Shown here: positions 30,946 to 40,889 of the stretch, piece by piece | How positions within the stretch are numbered: position 1 is the first letter of the stretch | Layout: every line of letters starts with the position of its first letter | Origin: Chloroflexota bacterium | Lineage (GTDB): Bacteria; Chloroflexota; UBA11872; VXNJ01 | Direction: 5' to 3' | Length of the DNA stretch: 64,000 nucleotides | Assembly: GCA_965261345.1 (NCBI GenBank) | Contig: OZ253449.1 | Location: forward strand, 288,001-352,000 | Notes under the pieces: generated by a model | Told to the model about the DNA's origin: nothing | Database searches by the model: none | Seen by the model: the letters and a program-made list of their open reading frames with translations, nothing else | Made by a program: the position numbers and the translations under genes

Positions 30946-31347
30946 CTGCCGGATTGCGATTGGCGCCCGTAGTCGATTGCCAATTCGGGCGCAATGGACG
31001 ATGGGGAACCGCTGCTCGGCCGGTTCGGCCGCAATGCCCAAATTCGCCGCGGGCTCAGAGCCGGCTGAAGACATTTGGGGCGGCGGCGCAATCCCGACCG
31101 GTCCGGTCTTTCAGATTGACCGGGCCGTCATCGAGGCAATCGGCCGACCCGCTGAGACTGCACCGTCACCCAAAGCAGATCCAGATTTTCGGCCGGGCCG
31201 TCGACCGGGCCGCAGCCCGATCCGAATGAACCTCGCTTCCATCGAATTGCATCCAGGGGTAACTACGGCTTGAGGCAATTGGCTAGGTAGCTGTCCGCCA
31301 TGATTGGTAAGACCGACGCCCGGCCGGACCGGCAAGGAAATATCGAC

Positions 31348-31632
31348 ATGGCCAACCCGGAATTAGGGCGCTACAGCACCGTAGGAACGATCGCCGTCGC
31401 CCGAATAAACGCGGTAGGCCGGTTGGCGGCGGCCGGTCTCAATGCGGTCGGTCTGGTGGCCGTGAGCATCTTCAGCGCGATCGGCATGGTCACCTTCGGA
31501 CCCATCAACGCAATCGGTCTGGTGGCAATCGGGGGAGTGAACGCAATCGGCATCGTCGCCGTTGGCGGCCTGAACTCGACCGGTATCATCGCCGTCGGGG
31601 GCAACGCCAAAAGCCTTCTGCCGGTCGCCTAG
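31348..31632 (+). CDS. Small hydrophobic Gly/Ala-rich protein made of about seven 11-residue repeats
   Basis: AAGGAAA precedes ATG 31348; repeats such as NAVGLVAVSIF, NAIGLVAIGGV, NAIGIVAVGGL. Confidence 0.7.
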   Translation: MANPELGRYSTVGTIAVARINAVGRLAAAGLNAVGLVAVSIFSAIGMVTFGPINAIGLVAIGGVNAIGIVAVGGLNSTGIIAVGGNAKSLLPVA

Positions 31633-31706
31633 CCGCATCGATGGCGCCGCAAGCTGCGCCACCCGGTAATTCCGGCGGATCCTTCGAAAACTAGAAGCGT
31701 CAGCTG

Positions 31707-34103
31707 TTAGGACAACCGACCGGTTCGCGATCGACCGGCCTGGCCGTTGGCGACCGGCGAGCTGGGCGGCGCCCCGACCGGCGGTTCCGACTGCATCCGG
31801 GCCCGGATGTCATCGACTGCCTTTAGGACCGCCTCGGGAGTGGCCGGCGGGTCCAGGTCCGGCAAAAGCCGGTAGTTCGACAGACTGGTTACCGCATCAC
31901 GGATGGCCAGCCATACCGAGATCGCCAGCATCAGCGGCGGTTCGCCGATCGCTTTGGATCGGAAGATTGTCGGCTCGCGGTTGGGCGCGTCTTCGAGGAT
32001 GTGGACATTGAAAATCGGCGGCACATCGCGGCTGCCGGGAATCTTGTAGGTTGACGGGCCGCGGGTGCCCAGCGCGCCATTGGCATCCCACCAAAGCTCT
32101 TCCATGGTCAGCCAGCCCATGCCCTGGACAAACGCGCCCTCGATCTGGCCGAGATCGATTGCCGGGTTGAGCGAATTGCCGCAATCCTGGAGGATGTCGG
32201 TGCGCAGGACCCGGCTCTCGCCGGTCAGGGTGTCGATCGCCACCTCGGAGACGCAGGCGCCGTAGCAGTAATAGAAGAACGGTCGATCGGTCTTGGTCTC
32301 TTCATTCCAGCCGATCTTGGGCGTTGCGTAGAAGCCGGTGGCCGAGAGCGACACGCGGGCCTGCCAGGCAAGTTTGGCCAACTCGGAAAACTGGATCTTC
32401 TCACCACCAGCGTGTACGTAATTGTTCCGAAATGCGACCTCGGCCTCGTCCACTCCAAAATGGCGGGCGGCCACCGCGGTCATCCGCGCCTTGATTTTTC
32501 GCGCCGCCGCCAGAGCCGCCATGCCATTTAGGTCGGAACCCGCCGAGGCCGAGGTCGCCGATGTGTTGGGCACCTTTCCGGTATTGGTCGGCGAATTTGC
32601 AATGCGCTGGAGATCGATCTGGAAAGTCGAGGCCACGACCTGGGCGATCTTTGTAAAGAGCCCCTGGCCCATCTCGACCCCACCGTGACTTAAATGCACG
32701 CTGCCGTCGGTGTAGACATGAACCAGCGCGCCGGCCTGGTTTAAGGTCGGAACGTTGAACGAGATGCCGAATTTGACCGGCATCAGGGCGATGCCCCGCT
32801 TAATCGCCTTGCTTTGGCGGTTGAAAGATCGCACCGCCTCTTTGCGCGCTGGCAAGTTGATTTCGGAGGTGAGGCGATCCACGATCTCAACGATTATGTT
32901 GTCTTCAACAACCTGACCATATGGGGCGATGTCGCGCTCGCCTACGCCGTAGTAGTTCACCTGCCGCACCGCGTCCAGATCGAGCCCGCGCTCGCGCGCG
33001 ATGTGCTCGATCACCGCTTCGATTGCCAGCATCCCCTGCGGTCCGCCAAAGCCCCGGAAGGCGGTGTTGGAAACCGTATTGGTCCGACACGGATATCCGT
33101 GGATGTGCGCCTCGGGCAGGAAATAGCAGTTGTCGGCGTGGTAGAGTGCCCGGCGAAGCACCGCCGACGAGAGATCGGCGACATTGCCGGCGCGGCTCGC
33201 CAGCATGAGGTCGATGCCCTCGATCCGCCCCTCGTCGCTAAATCCGACCTCGTAGCGGATCAGAAAGTCATGCCGCTTGCCGGTAATGACCATGTCGGCC
33301 TCGCGATTTAGCCGCAGTTTCACCGGCCGGCCGGTAGCGGCCGCGGCGAGGGCGGAAGCCGCGGCGATGATCGTGGCCTGGCTCTCCTTACCGCCGAATC
33401 CGCCGCCCAGACGGCGGGTCTCGGCGGTAACTGCGTTAGCTGGCAACCCGAGCACGCTGGCCACGACCTGCTGGACCTCGGTCGGGTGCTGGGTCGCCGA
33501 AAAGATCAGCATGCCGCCATCCTCCTGAGGGATTGCCAGGGAAACCTGGCCCTCAAGATAGAAATGGTCCTGGCCGCCGCAGCCCAGGCTCCCGCTGATC
33601 CGATGCTTGGCATTTTTCATCGCTCCCGCCGGGTCGCCGCGTCGTATCACCTGCGGGGGCGAAGTGAACTGCTCTAGCTCGAACGCCTGTTCGATATCTA
33701 GAACTGGCTGAAGTGGGCGGTAGTCGATACCGACAAGATCTGCGCCGGAGCGGGCGATATCCGTTGTTTCGGCCACAACGATCGCCAGCGGCTGGCCCAG
33801 ATAGGTTGCCACCGCCTCGGCAAGCAGCGGCTCGTTGGCAAATATCGGCGCGACATCGTTGTTGCCCGGGATGTCGTCGGCGGTAAGTACCGCCCGGACT
33901 CCGGGCAGGCTGATGGCATCGGCAGCATCGATTGCCGAAATCTCGGCGTAGGCCGCAGGTGACGTTACCAACGCGGCATGCAGGATACCGGCCGGCTCCG
34001 GGATGTCGTCAACAAAGACCGAACCGCCGCTCACGTGAAGTGGTGCACTGTCATGACCGGTAGCGGCGTGGACCCCGCCCCTAATTGGGGTGCAATCGGT
34101 CAC
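31707..34103 (-). CDS. xdhB: Xanthine dehydrogenase molybdopterin-binding subunit
   Basis: HDSAPLHVSG, GQDHFYLEGQ, RLGGGFGGKESQ, SNTAFRGFGGPQG, GVEMGQGL, SKAIGEPP. Confidence 0.95.
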   Translation of the reverse strand: MTDCTPIRGGVHAATGHDSAPLHVSGGSVFVDDIPEPAGILHAALVTSPAAYAEISAIDAADAISLPGVRAVLTADDIPGNNDVAPIFANEPLLAEAVATYLGQPLAIVVAETTDIARSGADLVGIDYRPLQPVLDIEQAFELEQFTSPPQVIRRGDPAGAMKNAKHRISGSLGCGGQDHFYLEGQVSLAIPQEDGGMLIFSATQHPTEVQQVVASVLGLPANAVTAETRRLGGGFGGKESQATIIAAASALAAAATGRPVKLRLNREADMVITGKRHDFLIRYEVGFSDEGRIEGIDLMLASRAGNVADLSSAVLRRALYHADNCYFLPEAHIHGYPCRTNTVSNTAFRGFGGPQGMLAIEAVIEHIARERGLDLDAVRQVNYYGVGERDIAPYGQVVEDNIIVEIVDRLTSEINLPARKEAVRSFNRQSKAIKRGIALMPVKFGISFNVPTLNQAGALVHVYTDGSVHLSHGGVEMGQGLFTKIAQVVASTFQIDLQRIANSPTNTGKVPNTSATSASAGSDLNGMAALAAARKIKARMTAVAARHFGVDEAEVAFRNNYVHAGGEKIQFSELAKLAWQARVSLSATGFYATPKIGWNEETKTDRPFFYYCYGACVSEVAIDTLTGESRVLRTDILQDCGNSLNPAIDLGQIEGAFVQGMGWLTMEELWWDANGALGTRGPSTYKIPGSRDVPPIFNVHILEDAPNREPTIFRSKAIGEPPLMLAISVWLAIRDAVTSLSNYRLLPDLDPPATPEAVLKAVDDIRARMQSEPPVGAPPSSPVANGQAGRSRTGRLS

Positions 34104-35521
34104 AGTGCCATTACCTCGGTTGGCTGATCGAAGTTGGTGGTCTCAGCATGGAGGCGCCAGAGCAGATTTCCGGCCACCCGGCGGCGATAGCCGGCGCTGG
34201 CCCGCAGATCGGAGATCGGGGCAAATTCGCGCTCCAGTTCGGCGGAAGCCGCAGCGACGGTGGCCGGCGACCAGAGTGCCCCCTGCAGGACCGCCTCGCA
34301 ACCGCGGGCGCGGACCGGCGTCGCGGCCATTCCGCCGAATGCAATCCGGGCGCTATCTACGCGGCCTGCGCGTATGGTCAAAGCAAAGGCGCCGATTACC
34401 GCCGCGATATCCTGATCGAAGCGTTTGGATATCTTGTAGACCCTAAAGACCGAATCCGGCTGGGGTCGGGGCAGGATTACAGCTTCCAGCACCTCGTCGC
34501 CGGCCAGCGCAGTCTGCCGGTAATCGAGGAAGAATTCAACCGCCGGGATGTGACGAACTCCGCTTTGCGATCGGGCGACAAAGGACGCGTCAAGGGCCAA
34601 CAGGCAGGGGAGGGTATCGCCGATCGGGGAGGCGGTGCACACGTTTCCGCCGAACGTTCCCAGGTTGCGGATCTGACGTGACCCGATCCGCCGGATCAGT
34701 CCGGCAAACGACGGATAGTCCTCATCGATCACCGACAGAGCCTGCGTGTAGGTGATCGCGGCGCCGATGGTAAGAACCGATCCATCGCGCTCGATCCGGT
34801 TGAGTTCGGGAACCCGGCCGGTCCAGATGACTTGGTCAAAACGGCGCCGATCGCGACTCGCCAGAACCCCCAGATCGGTACCGCCGCCCAGCAGCACAGC
34901 GCGGCGATGCTCGGTGCGCAAGGCCAGCAGGCGATTCAGGCTGGCCGGCGCGTAAAACCGCTCTCCACCCTGTTCATAAATTTCATCGATCCCTGTGCCG
35001 GCCAGCGCCTGGGCGATATCCGACGCACCAGCGTCGGGCAGCGGCGGCAGCGTCATTGCGGCGTCGACGATTGGCCGGTAGCCGGTGCAGCGGCACAGAT
35101 TGCCAGCCAGCGCGTCGTGCACATTGGCAAGATTTCTCGGCTCGGAGGACCGGTAGAAGGCGAAAAGCGCCATCACGAATCCCGGGGTGCAGAACCCGCA
35201 TTGGGTTCCGTGGGTCGCAAGCAGGGCTGATTGCACCGGATGCGGTCGGCCGGCGCCATCGGAAACACCCTCGACGGTCCAGACCGCCTTGCCGCCAAGC
35301 TGGGGCACCAGCATCAGGCAGGCATTGGCCGCGCCAAAATCCGTTCGGCCTTCGCAGCATTCGGCGGTAACGATTGTGCAGGCCCCGCAGTCGCCCTCGG
35401 CGCAACCCTCCTTGGTGCCCTTGAGGCCCCGCGTCTCGCGCAAATAGTCGAGCACGGTAGTCGACGGAGAAACCGAGGATTCGGTGCAGATTTTCCCATT
35501 TAGGAGAAATCGGATCGGCAT
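34100..35521 (-). CDS. xdhA: Xanthine dehydrogenase small (2Fe-2S/FAD) subunit
   Basis: GTKEGCAEGDCGACT, QCGFCTPG, GNLCRCTGY, GGGTDLG, YKISKRFDQDI; overlaps the xdhB start by GTGA. Confidence 0.95.
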   Translation of the reverse strand: MPIRFLLNGKICTESSVSPSTTVLDYLRETRGLKGTKEGCAEGDCGACTIVTAECCEGRTDFGAANACLMLVPQLGGKAVWTVEGVSDGAGRPHPVQSALLATHGTQCGFCTPGFVMALFAFYRSSEPRNLANVHDALAGNLCRCTGYRPIVDAAMTLPPLPDAGASDIAQALAGTGIDEIYEQGGERFYAPASLNRLLALRTEHRRAVLLGGGTDLGVLASRDRRRFDQVIWTGRVPELNRIERDGSVLTIGAAITYTQALSVIDEDYPSFAGLIRRIGSRQIRNLGTFGGNVCTASPIGDTLPCLLALDASFVARSQSGVRHIPAVEFFLDYRQTALAGDEVLEAVILPRPQPDSVFRVYKISKRFDQDIAAVIGAFALTIRAGRVDSARIAFGGMAATPVRARGCEAVLQGALWSPATVAAASAELEREFAPISDLRASAGYRRRVAGNLLWRLHAETTNFDQPTEVMAL

Positions 35522-35528
35522 GATGGAT

Positions 35529-35587
35529 CCTTACATCGCCCACCGGCCACCCACCGGCCGGGACCCCGCCACCCGATGGGCGTAAGG
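35529..35587 (-). promoter_or_regulatory. 5'-UTR hairpin that would sequester the xdhA Shine-Dalgarno sequence
   Basis: On the minus strand CCTTAC-GCCCATCGG pairs with CCGGTGGGC-GAT-GTAAGG. The 3' arm overlaps AAGGA, 6 nt before the ATG at 35521. Confidence 0.45.
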
Positions 35588-35915
35588 CTTAGTCGGGCCG
35601 GGTGCCCCGGTGGCAAGCTGGTGCGGACCTGGAAATCGCGCATTTAGCAGTTATAGCCTATCAACCGGGCCGGCCTATCATGACGGGTCCGCAGGTCAAT
35701 CGGGGCCGTGTTGCAGTCGCGCCGGGAGCGGTGCCTGGTGGACTGCGCCGGGCCGCAATTTAACGTCGCTGATTGACGGCGGCTCTCCCGACCAACCCGG
35801 CATCATCTAATTCGCGGCAGTTGTTTCCAGCCTATATAACGATGCCCGTGGGCACACTTAAGCTAACGCTGCTTTATCGCCCGCGAAATGATCCGGGGGG
35901 CCATGGGAGACGCCG

Positions 35916-36548
35916 ATGTTTTATGAGATTGGGAAAGACGGGCAAGCATCATATAGCGCCCTTAATACCATTGTGATTCCGCGTCCGATTGGCTGGATAT
36001 CTACGCTCAGCGCCGATGGCGTCGCCAATCTTGCGCCCTACTCTTTTTTCAACGGGATCGCCTATGACCCTCCGCAGGTAATGTTCGCCGCCACCGGCAA
36101 CCACCCCTTCGGCGGACTCAAGGATGCCGTCCTCGACGCCCAGACCACCGGGGAGTTCACGGTAAACATCGCAACCTGGGAGCTACGAGAGCAGATGAAC
36201 GCGTCATCGGTACCGGCTCCGCGCGAAGTCGACGAATTTGAGTATGCCGGGTTGACGAAGGCTGACGGAACCCTCGTGCGGTGCCCGTGCGTGGCCGAAA
36301 GTCCGGTGCATCTCGAATGCCGGCACATCAAGTCGCTGAGCATGCTCTCCAATGACCCTGAAGAACCCAATACGGTCGTCTTCGGGCAGGTAATCGGGGT
36401 CCACATCGAAGACCGCGTGCTATCTAACGGACGCGTCGATTGGCTCAAGCTGCGTCCGGTGGGAAGGCTCGGATACCTGGATTTCGTAGCGGTCGAGAAC
36501 GTGTTCGCAATGGCCCGGCCCACGTGGCGAGAGCCGCCAAGTGCTTGA
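35916..36548 (+). CDS. Flavin reductase family protein (DIM6/NTAB-like)
   Basis: VIPRPIGWIST, NLAPYSFFN, GEFTVNIA, DEFEYAGL, ESPVHLEC, GRLGYLD. Confidence 0.92.
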   Translation: MFYEIGKDGQASYSALNTIVIPRPIGWISTLSADGVANLAPYSFFNGIAYDPPQVMFAATGNHPFGGLKDAVLDAQTTGEFTVNIATWELREQMNASSVPAPREVDEFEYAGLTKADGTLVRCPCVAESPVHLECRHIKSLSMLSNDPEEPNTVVFGQVIGVHIEDRVLSNGRVDWLKLRPVGRLGYLDFVAVENVFAMARPTWREPPSA

Positions 36549-37152
36549 TCTGATTCCGCCTCCAAGGCGAAGTCCGCCCTTGGGAGCAAACCGGCGCGAT
36601 GCCGGCCCAATCCTAAATCACGTCCAGGGAGGGATCGCTTCGACATGCCGCAACGGCGCGCTGCGGGAGATCTAATTGGAATTGGCGGGGGTAAATTGGG
36701 CGCCCGCACCGAGTAGCGACGGCAGATTTCGGTGGTTGCCAAACAGCACATTTCGCGCGGCTATCGACCAGCATTTTTGGCCCAGCTTGTTAAATTGGCA
36801 ACCACATTGGGCCCACTTAGCAAATCAGCGACGCGATTTATCGACTGGCAATCCGGCTAACCCTCGTGTGCGCGCGGCCAACCGCTGCCCCGCCGATCGG
36901 CGCTTGATACCAGTTCGCTATGCCAAATGCCCACCGGAGCAATCCAATCGGCGACGGCGCCGTACCCTGGCGGCGACGCCGATTGGGAAATCGGCACATT
37001 TGATCGGCGGTTGTCCATCCCGGTTAAAGTCCAGCGCGTGCAGCAAACCGAATCCGGTTGTCAATCCCGCGCAGGCAAGAATCCGCGGATAAATTTCGGG
37101 CCGCGGCGAGTCAAGCATAATCTTGGGCGCAAATCATTAACCGGAGCGCGAA

Positions 37153-37518
37153 ATGGCCAATAACGTAGTTCACTTTGAGATTGTCGGGAGGGATGGCGCT
37201 GCCAGCCAGCGGTTTTACGGAGACCTTTTCGATTGGAAGGTCAACGCCGACAACCCGATGGGTTACGGGGTAGTGAGCGCGGATCCAGATTCCGCCAACC
37301 GGGTAAGTGGTGGAATATGCCAGGCTCCGGGCGCCAAATTCGCAAAAGTCACCGTCTACGTTTCGGTAGACGACATTGCCAAATACCTGGCCAAGGTCGA
37401 AAAGCTGGGCGGCGAGGTGTTGATGGAGGAAACCGAAGTCATGGACGGTTGGACGATCGGAATGTTTGCCGATCCGGAAGGAAATTGGATCGGCCTTACC
37501 AACAACGGTCCGATGTAG
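37153..37518 (+). CDS. VOC (glyoxalase/bleomycin resistance) family protein
   Basis: VVHFEI, FYGDLFDW, YVSVDDI, EKLGG, FADPEGNWIGL; GGAG precedes the start. Confidence 0.9.
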   Translation: MANNVVHFEIVGRDGAASQRFYGDLFDWKVNADNPMGYGVVSADPDSANRVSGGICQAPGAKFAKVTVYVSVDDIAKYLAKVEKLGGEVLMEETEVMDGWTIGMFADPEGNWIGLTNNGPM

Positions 37519-37533
37519 GCGATCGCGGCAATC

Positions 37534-37630
37534 AATCGGCCGAGCGCAACGCCCGGCCGATTCGCCAGATAAGCGGCGCAAACCACGGTACGGGAAGCAA
37601 TCTATCGGACGCACCGCCGAATTCGGCGGT
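37534..37630. terminator. Two hairpins between convergent genes (possible terminators or REP-like elements)
   Basis: AATCGGCCGAGCG-CAA-CGCCCGGCCGATT (37534-37562) and perfect palindrome ACCGCCGAATTCGGCGGT (37613-37630). No U-tract seen. Confidence 0.4.
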
Positions 37631-37655
37631 CGGTCCATGCTGCCGGTGCGGCCCG

Positions 37656-38594
37656 CTACCAGCCGATTTCGTAGCTGAGCAGCTTCGAATTTATTACGGT
37701 TACCACCGCGATCACCATAAACAGGGTAAAAGATAGGGCCGCGGCAAACCCCATCTTCAGGGCAAGGAACGCTTCCAGATAGATGAGCATCACTATGGTG
37801 ATGGTCGAATCCACCGGTCCACCACAGATTCGAGTTCCGTCGTCGCAGGCCATGATGAACACTTGGGTAAACATCTGCAAGGCGCCGATGAAATAAACGA
37901 TCACAACGAAGTAGGTGGTGGGTGCCAACAGCGGGATCGTGATCCGCCTCAGCTTGGAAAGACGGCCGGCGCCGTCAATGTCGGAGGCCTCGTAGATGTG
38001 GGGCGGAATCCCCTGTAAGCCGGCCAGATAGATGACCATGTTAAGACCCATGTTTTTCCAGATGCTCATCAGGATGATGGCCAGCAAAGCGGTATCGGGA
38101 CTGCGCAACCACTTGATCGGCGGTTGGCCAAAGACCTTGAGAACCTCGCCGATGACGCCAAGCTGTGGTTCGTACATCCACAGAAAAATCACCGAGACTG
38201 CCACGAACGAAGAGACCACCGGCATGTAGAACATGGCCCGGAAAAAGTAGATTCCACGGATCGCCCGGTTAATCAGGACCGCCAGCAACAGCGACGTGAT
38301 AACCCCCGCTGGGACAGTCCCGATCGCAAAAAGGATGGTGTTACGAATAGCCGGCGGAAAGCGTGGTTCGGTAGCGATCGCCTGGTAGTTCTTGATACCG
38401 TGCAGGGTTGGAGCGGTTAGGAGGTCATAGCTGCTGAAGCTGTAGTACAGCGCGCCGATGATCGGCACGATGATAAACAGCAAGATGAAGAGGATCGACG
38501 GGAGGACAAATAGATAGGCCGAGAGTCCGCCACGGAAAGTTAGCCCCAGGCGCCTTCGCGTCCCGCGTTGCTGCTCCCCGGTAATTGCCGCCAT
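37656..38594 (-). CDS. Carbohydrate ABC transporter permease (MalF/UgpA-like), copy 1
   Basis: AYLFVLPS, FRAMFYMPVV, IWKNMGLNMVIYLAGLQGIP..YEASDIDGA (EAA motif). Confidence 0.93.
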   Translation of the reverse strand: MAAITGEQQRGTRRRLGLTFRGGLSAYLFVLPSILFILLFIIVPIIGALYYSFSSYDLLTAPTLHGIKNYQAIATEPRFPPAIRNTILFAIGTVPAGVITSLLLAVLINRAIRGIYFFRAMFYMPVVSSFVAVSVIFLWMYEPQLGVIGEVLKVFGQPPIKWLRSPDTALLAIILMSIWKNMGLNMVIYLAGLQGIPPHIYEASDIDGAGRLSKLRRITIPLLAPTTYFVVIVYFIGALQMFTQVFIMACDDGTRICGGPVDSTITIVMLIYLEAFLALKMGFAAALSFTLFMVIAVVTVINSKLLSYEIGW

Positions 38595-38944
38595 ATCCAC
38601 CAAACGCGCGCGAAATACTTGCCCAAACTTCCCAAATTATCCAAACTGTGATTCGACTAAGTAGGCCAATCATTGCGGATCGCCCGCGGTTGATCGGCAT
38701 GCCCACACCCCCGCTCCCTCCGGGGCGGACCGGATCAGCCGGCCGGCCGCTGCTGGTCGGTTTCCACCGGCGATCGACCGTAGCATTTAGCTGCTGATTG
38801 GGAATCTGCGGGCTGGCGGTTGGAACTGAGGGATCACTCCTAGGTTCGGCGACGCCGCTTTCGCGGGCGGGATTTTGACCCGATGCTGAGGAACCCGGCA
38901 ACGCAGAATTGCCGACGATGCTTGTCCGGCGGGGGTGGACGCGG

Positions 38945-40126
38945 ATGGCGCGAGCGCCGCAGTTACTAAATATCGACCGTGCGCGGATGCGGATGCGGGA
39001 TCGCGGAATCGACATCCTCCTGGCCGGCGGGTATGTCAATTTCGGCTACCTCACCGACTTTTTCACCCACTTCGGCCGCGATTTTCCCGGGCCGCTATAC
39101 AACGGCCTCCCATTGGTGAGGTTTGCCGGCCTGCCGGCGGAGCCGCACACCCCGCCGTTCCTTATTTCGTGCCCCGACGAATCCGAGGACGCCCGAGTCC
39201 AGGGAACCTGGATCGCCGACTGCCAATTCCCGGGTCCGGCAAGCGAATTGCCAGGCCCCGGGGTCGTGCCCAACACCGAACAGGAGCCCTATATCGTGCT
39301 GATCCGGTCGCTTCGCGAACGAGGACTTGACCGATCGGTAATCGGGATCGACCTCGTCGATCTGCCGGCGCTGACCGCCGAGCGGCTGCGGGCCGCGTTG
39401 CCGCAGGCCCAGTTGGTCGACGCCTCAAGCGATTTCGCATTCATCCGAATGGTCAAGACCGGGGGCGAATTGGAACGGTTGCGCGGCGCGGTGGCCGGGT
39501 CCGAGCGTGGCCATGCGGCGGTCGCCGCCAACCTGCGGGCCGGAATGACCGAACGCGAACTGGCGGCAATCACCAAAAGGGGGGTAACTGACGCCGACAC
39601 GACTTCCTACATCCTGCACCTGAACGCCGGCGCCCCGACCGACACCCTGCTACCGCCAACCGATCGCCTGGTCGAGTCCGGCTCGGTCGTCTCAGTAGAC
39701 ATTGGCTGCATCCACCGCAATTACATCGGCGACAAGTTTCACACCTACGCGCTGGGCCGGCCCGATGAGCGCGCCTACGACATCCATGTCCGCCTGGACC
39801 AGGTAAACGAGGCCCTGCTAGCGGCGGTGCGGCCCGGAGTTACCGGCGCCGAGTTCTTTGCATTCGGCCGCGCCCAGATGGAATCACGCGGCCTGCAACT
39901 GGCCGGAGCATACATCGGTCACGGAATCGGGATCGACGTGCACGAACCGCCCTACCTGGCACCGATCGATCCGACCCCTTTACAACCAGGGATGGTGATC
40001 ATCCTGGAGGCCGGCACCCGGGCCGAGTCGATCGGGTTCTTCTGTTCCGAGATCGCCTGCCTGGTTGAGGCCGACGGGTGCCAGGTCCTAACCCAGATCG
40101 GGTATTCAATTACTCAGGTTGGTTGA
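38945..40126 (+). CDS. M24 family (Xaa-Pro) peptidase/creatinase-like protein
   Basis: RMVKTGGELERLR, DIGC..YIGD, GHGIGIDVHEPP, LQPGMVIILE. Confidence 0.88.
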   Translation: MARAPQLLNIDRARMRMRDRGIDILLAGGYVNFGYLTDFFTHFGRDFPGPLYNGLPLVRFAGLPAEPHTPPFLISCPDESEDARVQGTWIADCQFPGPASELPGPGVVPNTEQEPYIVLIRSLRERGLDRSVIGIDLVDLPALTAERLRAALPQAQLVDASSDFAFIRMVKTGGELERLRGAVAGSERGHAAVAANLRAGMTERELAAITKRGVTDADTTSYILHLNAGAPTDTLLPPTDRLVESGSVVSVDIGCIHRNYIGDKFHTYALGRPDERAYDIHVRLDQVNEALLAAVRPGVTGAEFFAFGRAQMESRGLQLAGAYIGHGIGIDVHEPPYLAPIDPTPLQPGMVIILEAGTRAESIGFFCSEIACLVEADGCQVLTQIGYSITQVG

Positions 40127-40264
40127 CTACACGGGGATTGGCGGGTCCGTTCGAAATCGACCGCAGGTGCTCTGGCCGGCCGCTGCCATATTGGCTAGTT
40201 GGGTGGCTCCGAAAATTGGCGCTGGAACGCCGGGCGGGTCCGCGACCCTGAGAAGGTGGGTATC

Positions 40265-40681
40265 GTGAACGCATTCAAGCGCCTGGCAGGCGCTTATCTG
40301 GTCGGACTGGGCGCAATTGTCGCGGTCCACTTCATTACCACCCAGTTTTACGATCCAACCTGGACCGGCGACTCGATCGCGGTTTGGCAGGTGCTCGACC
40401 CGCTGATGGCGATCGGCATCGTGATCGTCTTAATCACCGCTTTTCAGGGCAAATGCGGTTTGGATCGCCAATCAAACGGCGCCACCGTGAGTCGCCAATA
40501 CCTGGAGACCAATTTCACCTTCTATTTCGGGATCGTGCTGTTTATCGGCCTGCTCTGGAATTGGATTGGCGTCGGCTTCATCGAACCCACCAATGACAAC
40601 GTGCTGCTCTGGTTGCTAATTGACACGACCCTCCCGCCCTTTGTTGGAGCGGCCGGAATACGTCTGCTTCGCGGCATCTAG
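40265..40681 (+). CDS. Hypothetical membrane protein with about four hydrophobic segments
   Basis: Natural-looking 138-aa ORF from GTG 40265 with four hydrophobic stretches; no family recognised. Confidence 0.7.
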   Translation: MNAFKRLAGAYLVGLGAIVAVHFITTQFYDPTWTGDSIAVWQVLDPLMAIGIVIVLITAFQGKCGLDRQSNGATVSRQYLETNFTFYFGIVLFIGLLWNWIGVGFIEPTNDNVLLWLLIDTTLPPFVGAAGIRLLRGI

Positions 40682-40889
40682 AGTTGGCGCCCGGCAGGGC
40701 GGATCCCGTTGGCAGCGACCGACCCCTAACCCCGACGGCCAGGTCAACGCCTATATGCGCCGCTAGCGGAGCGCTCGGGTATTAGGCCGTCCCAAGCAGG
40801 ACGATTCGACGTCTCGGCCCAAGGTCAGCCAACACGGGTTGCCAGGCCGATTTGGGCATCGATCCCGCCCCGGCGGGCGGGAAAGGGAA

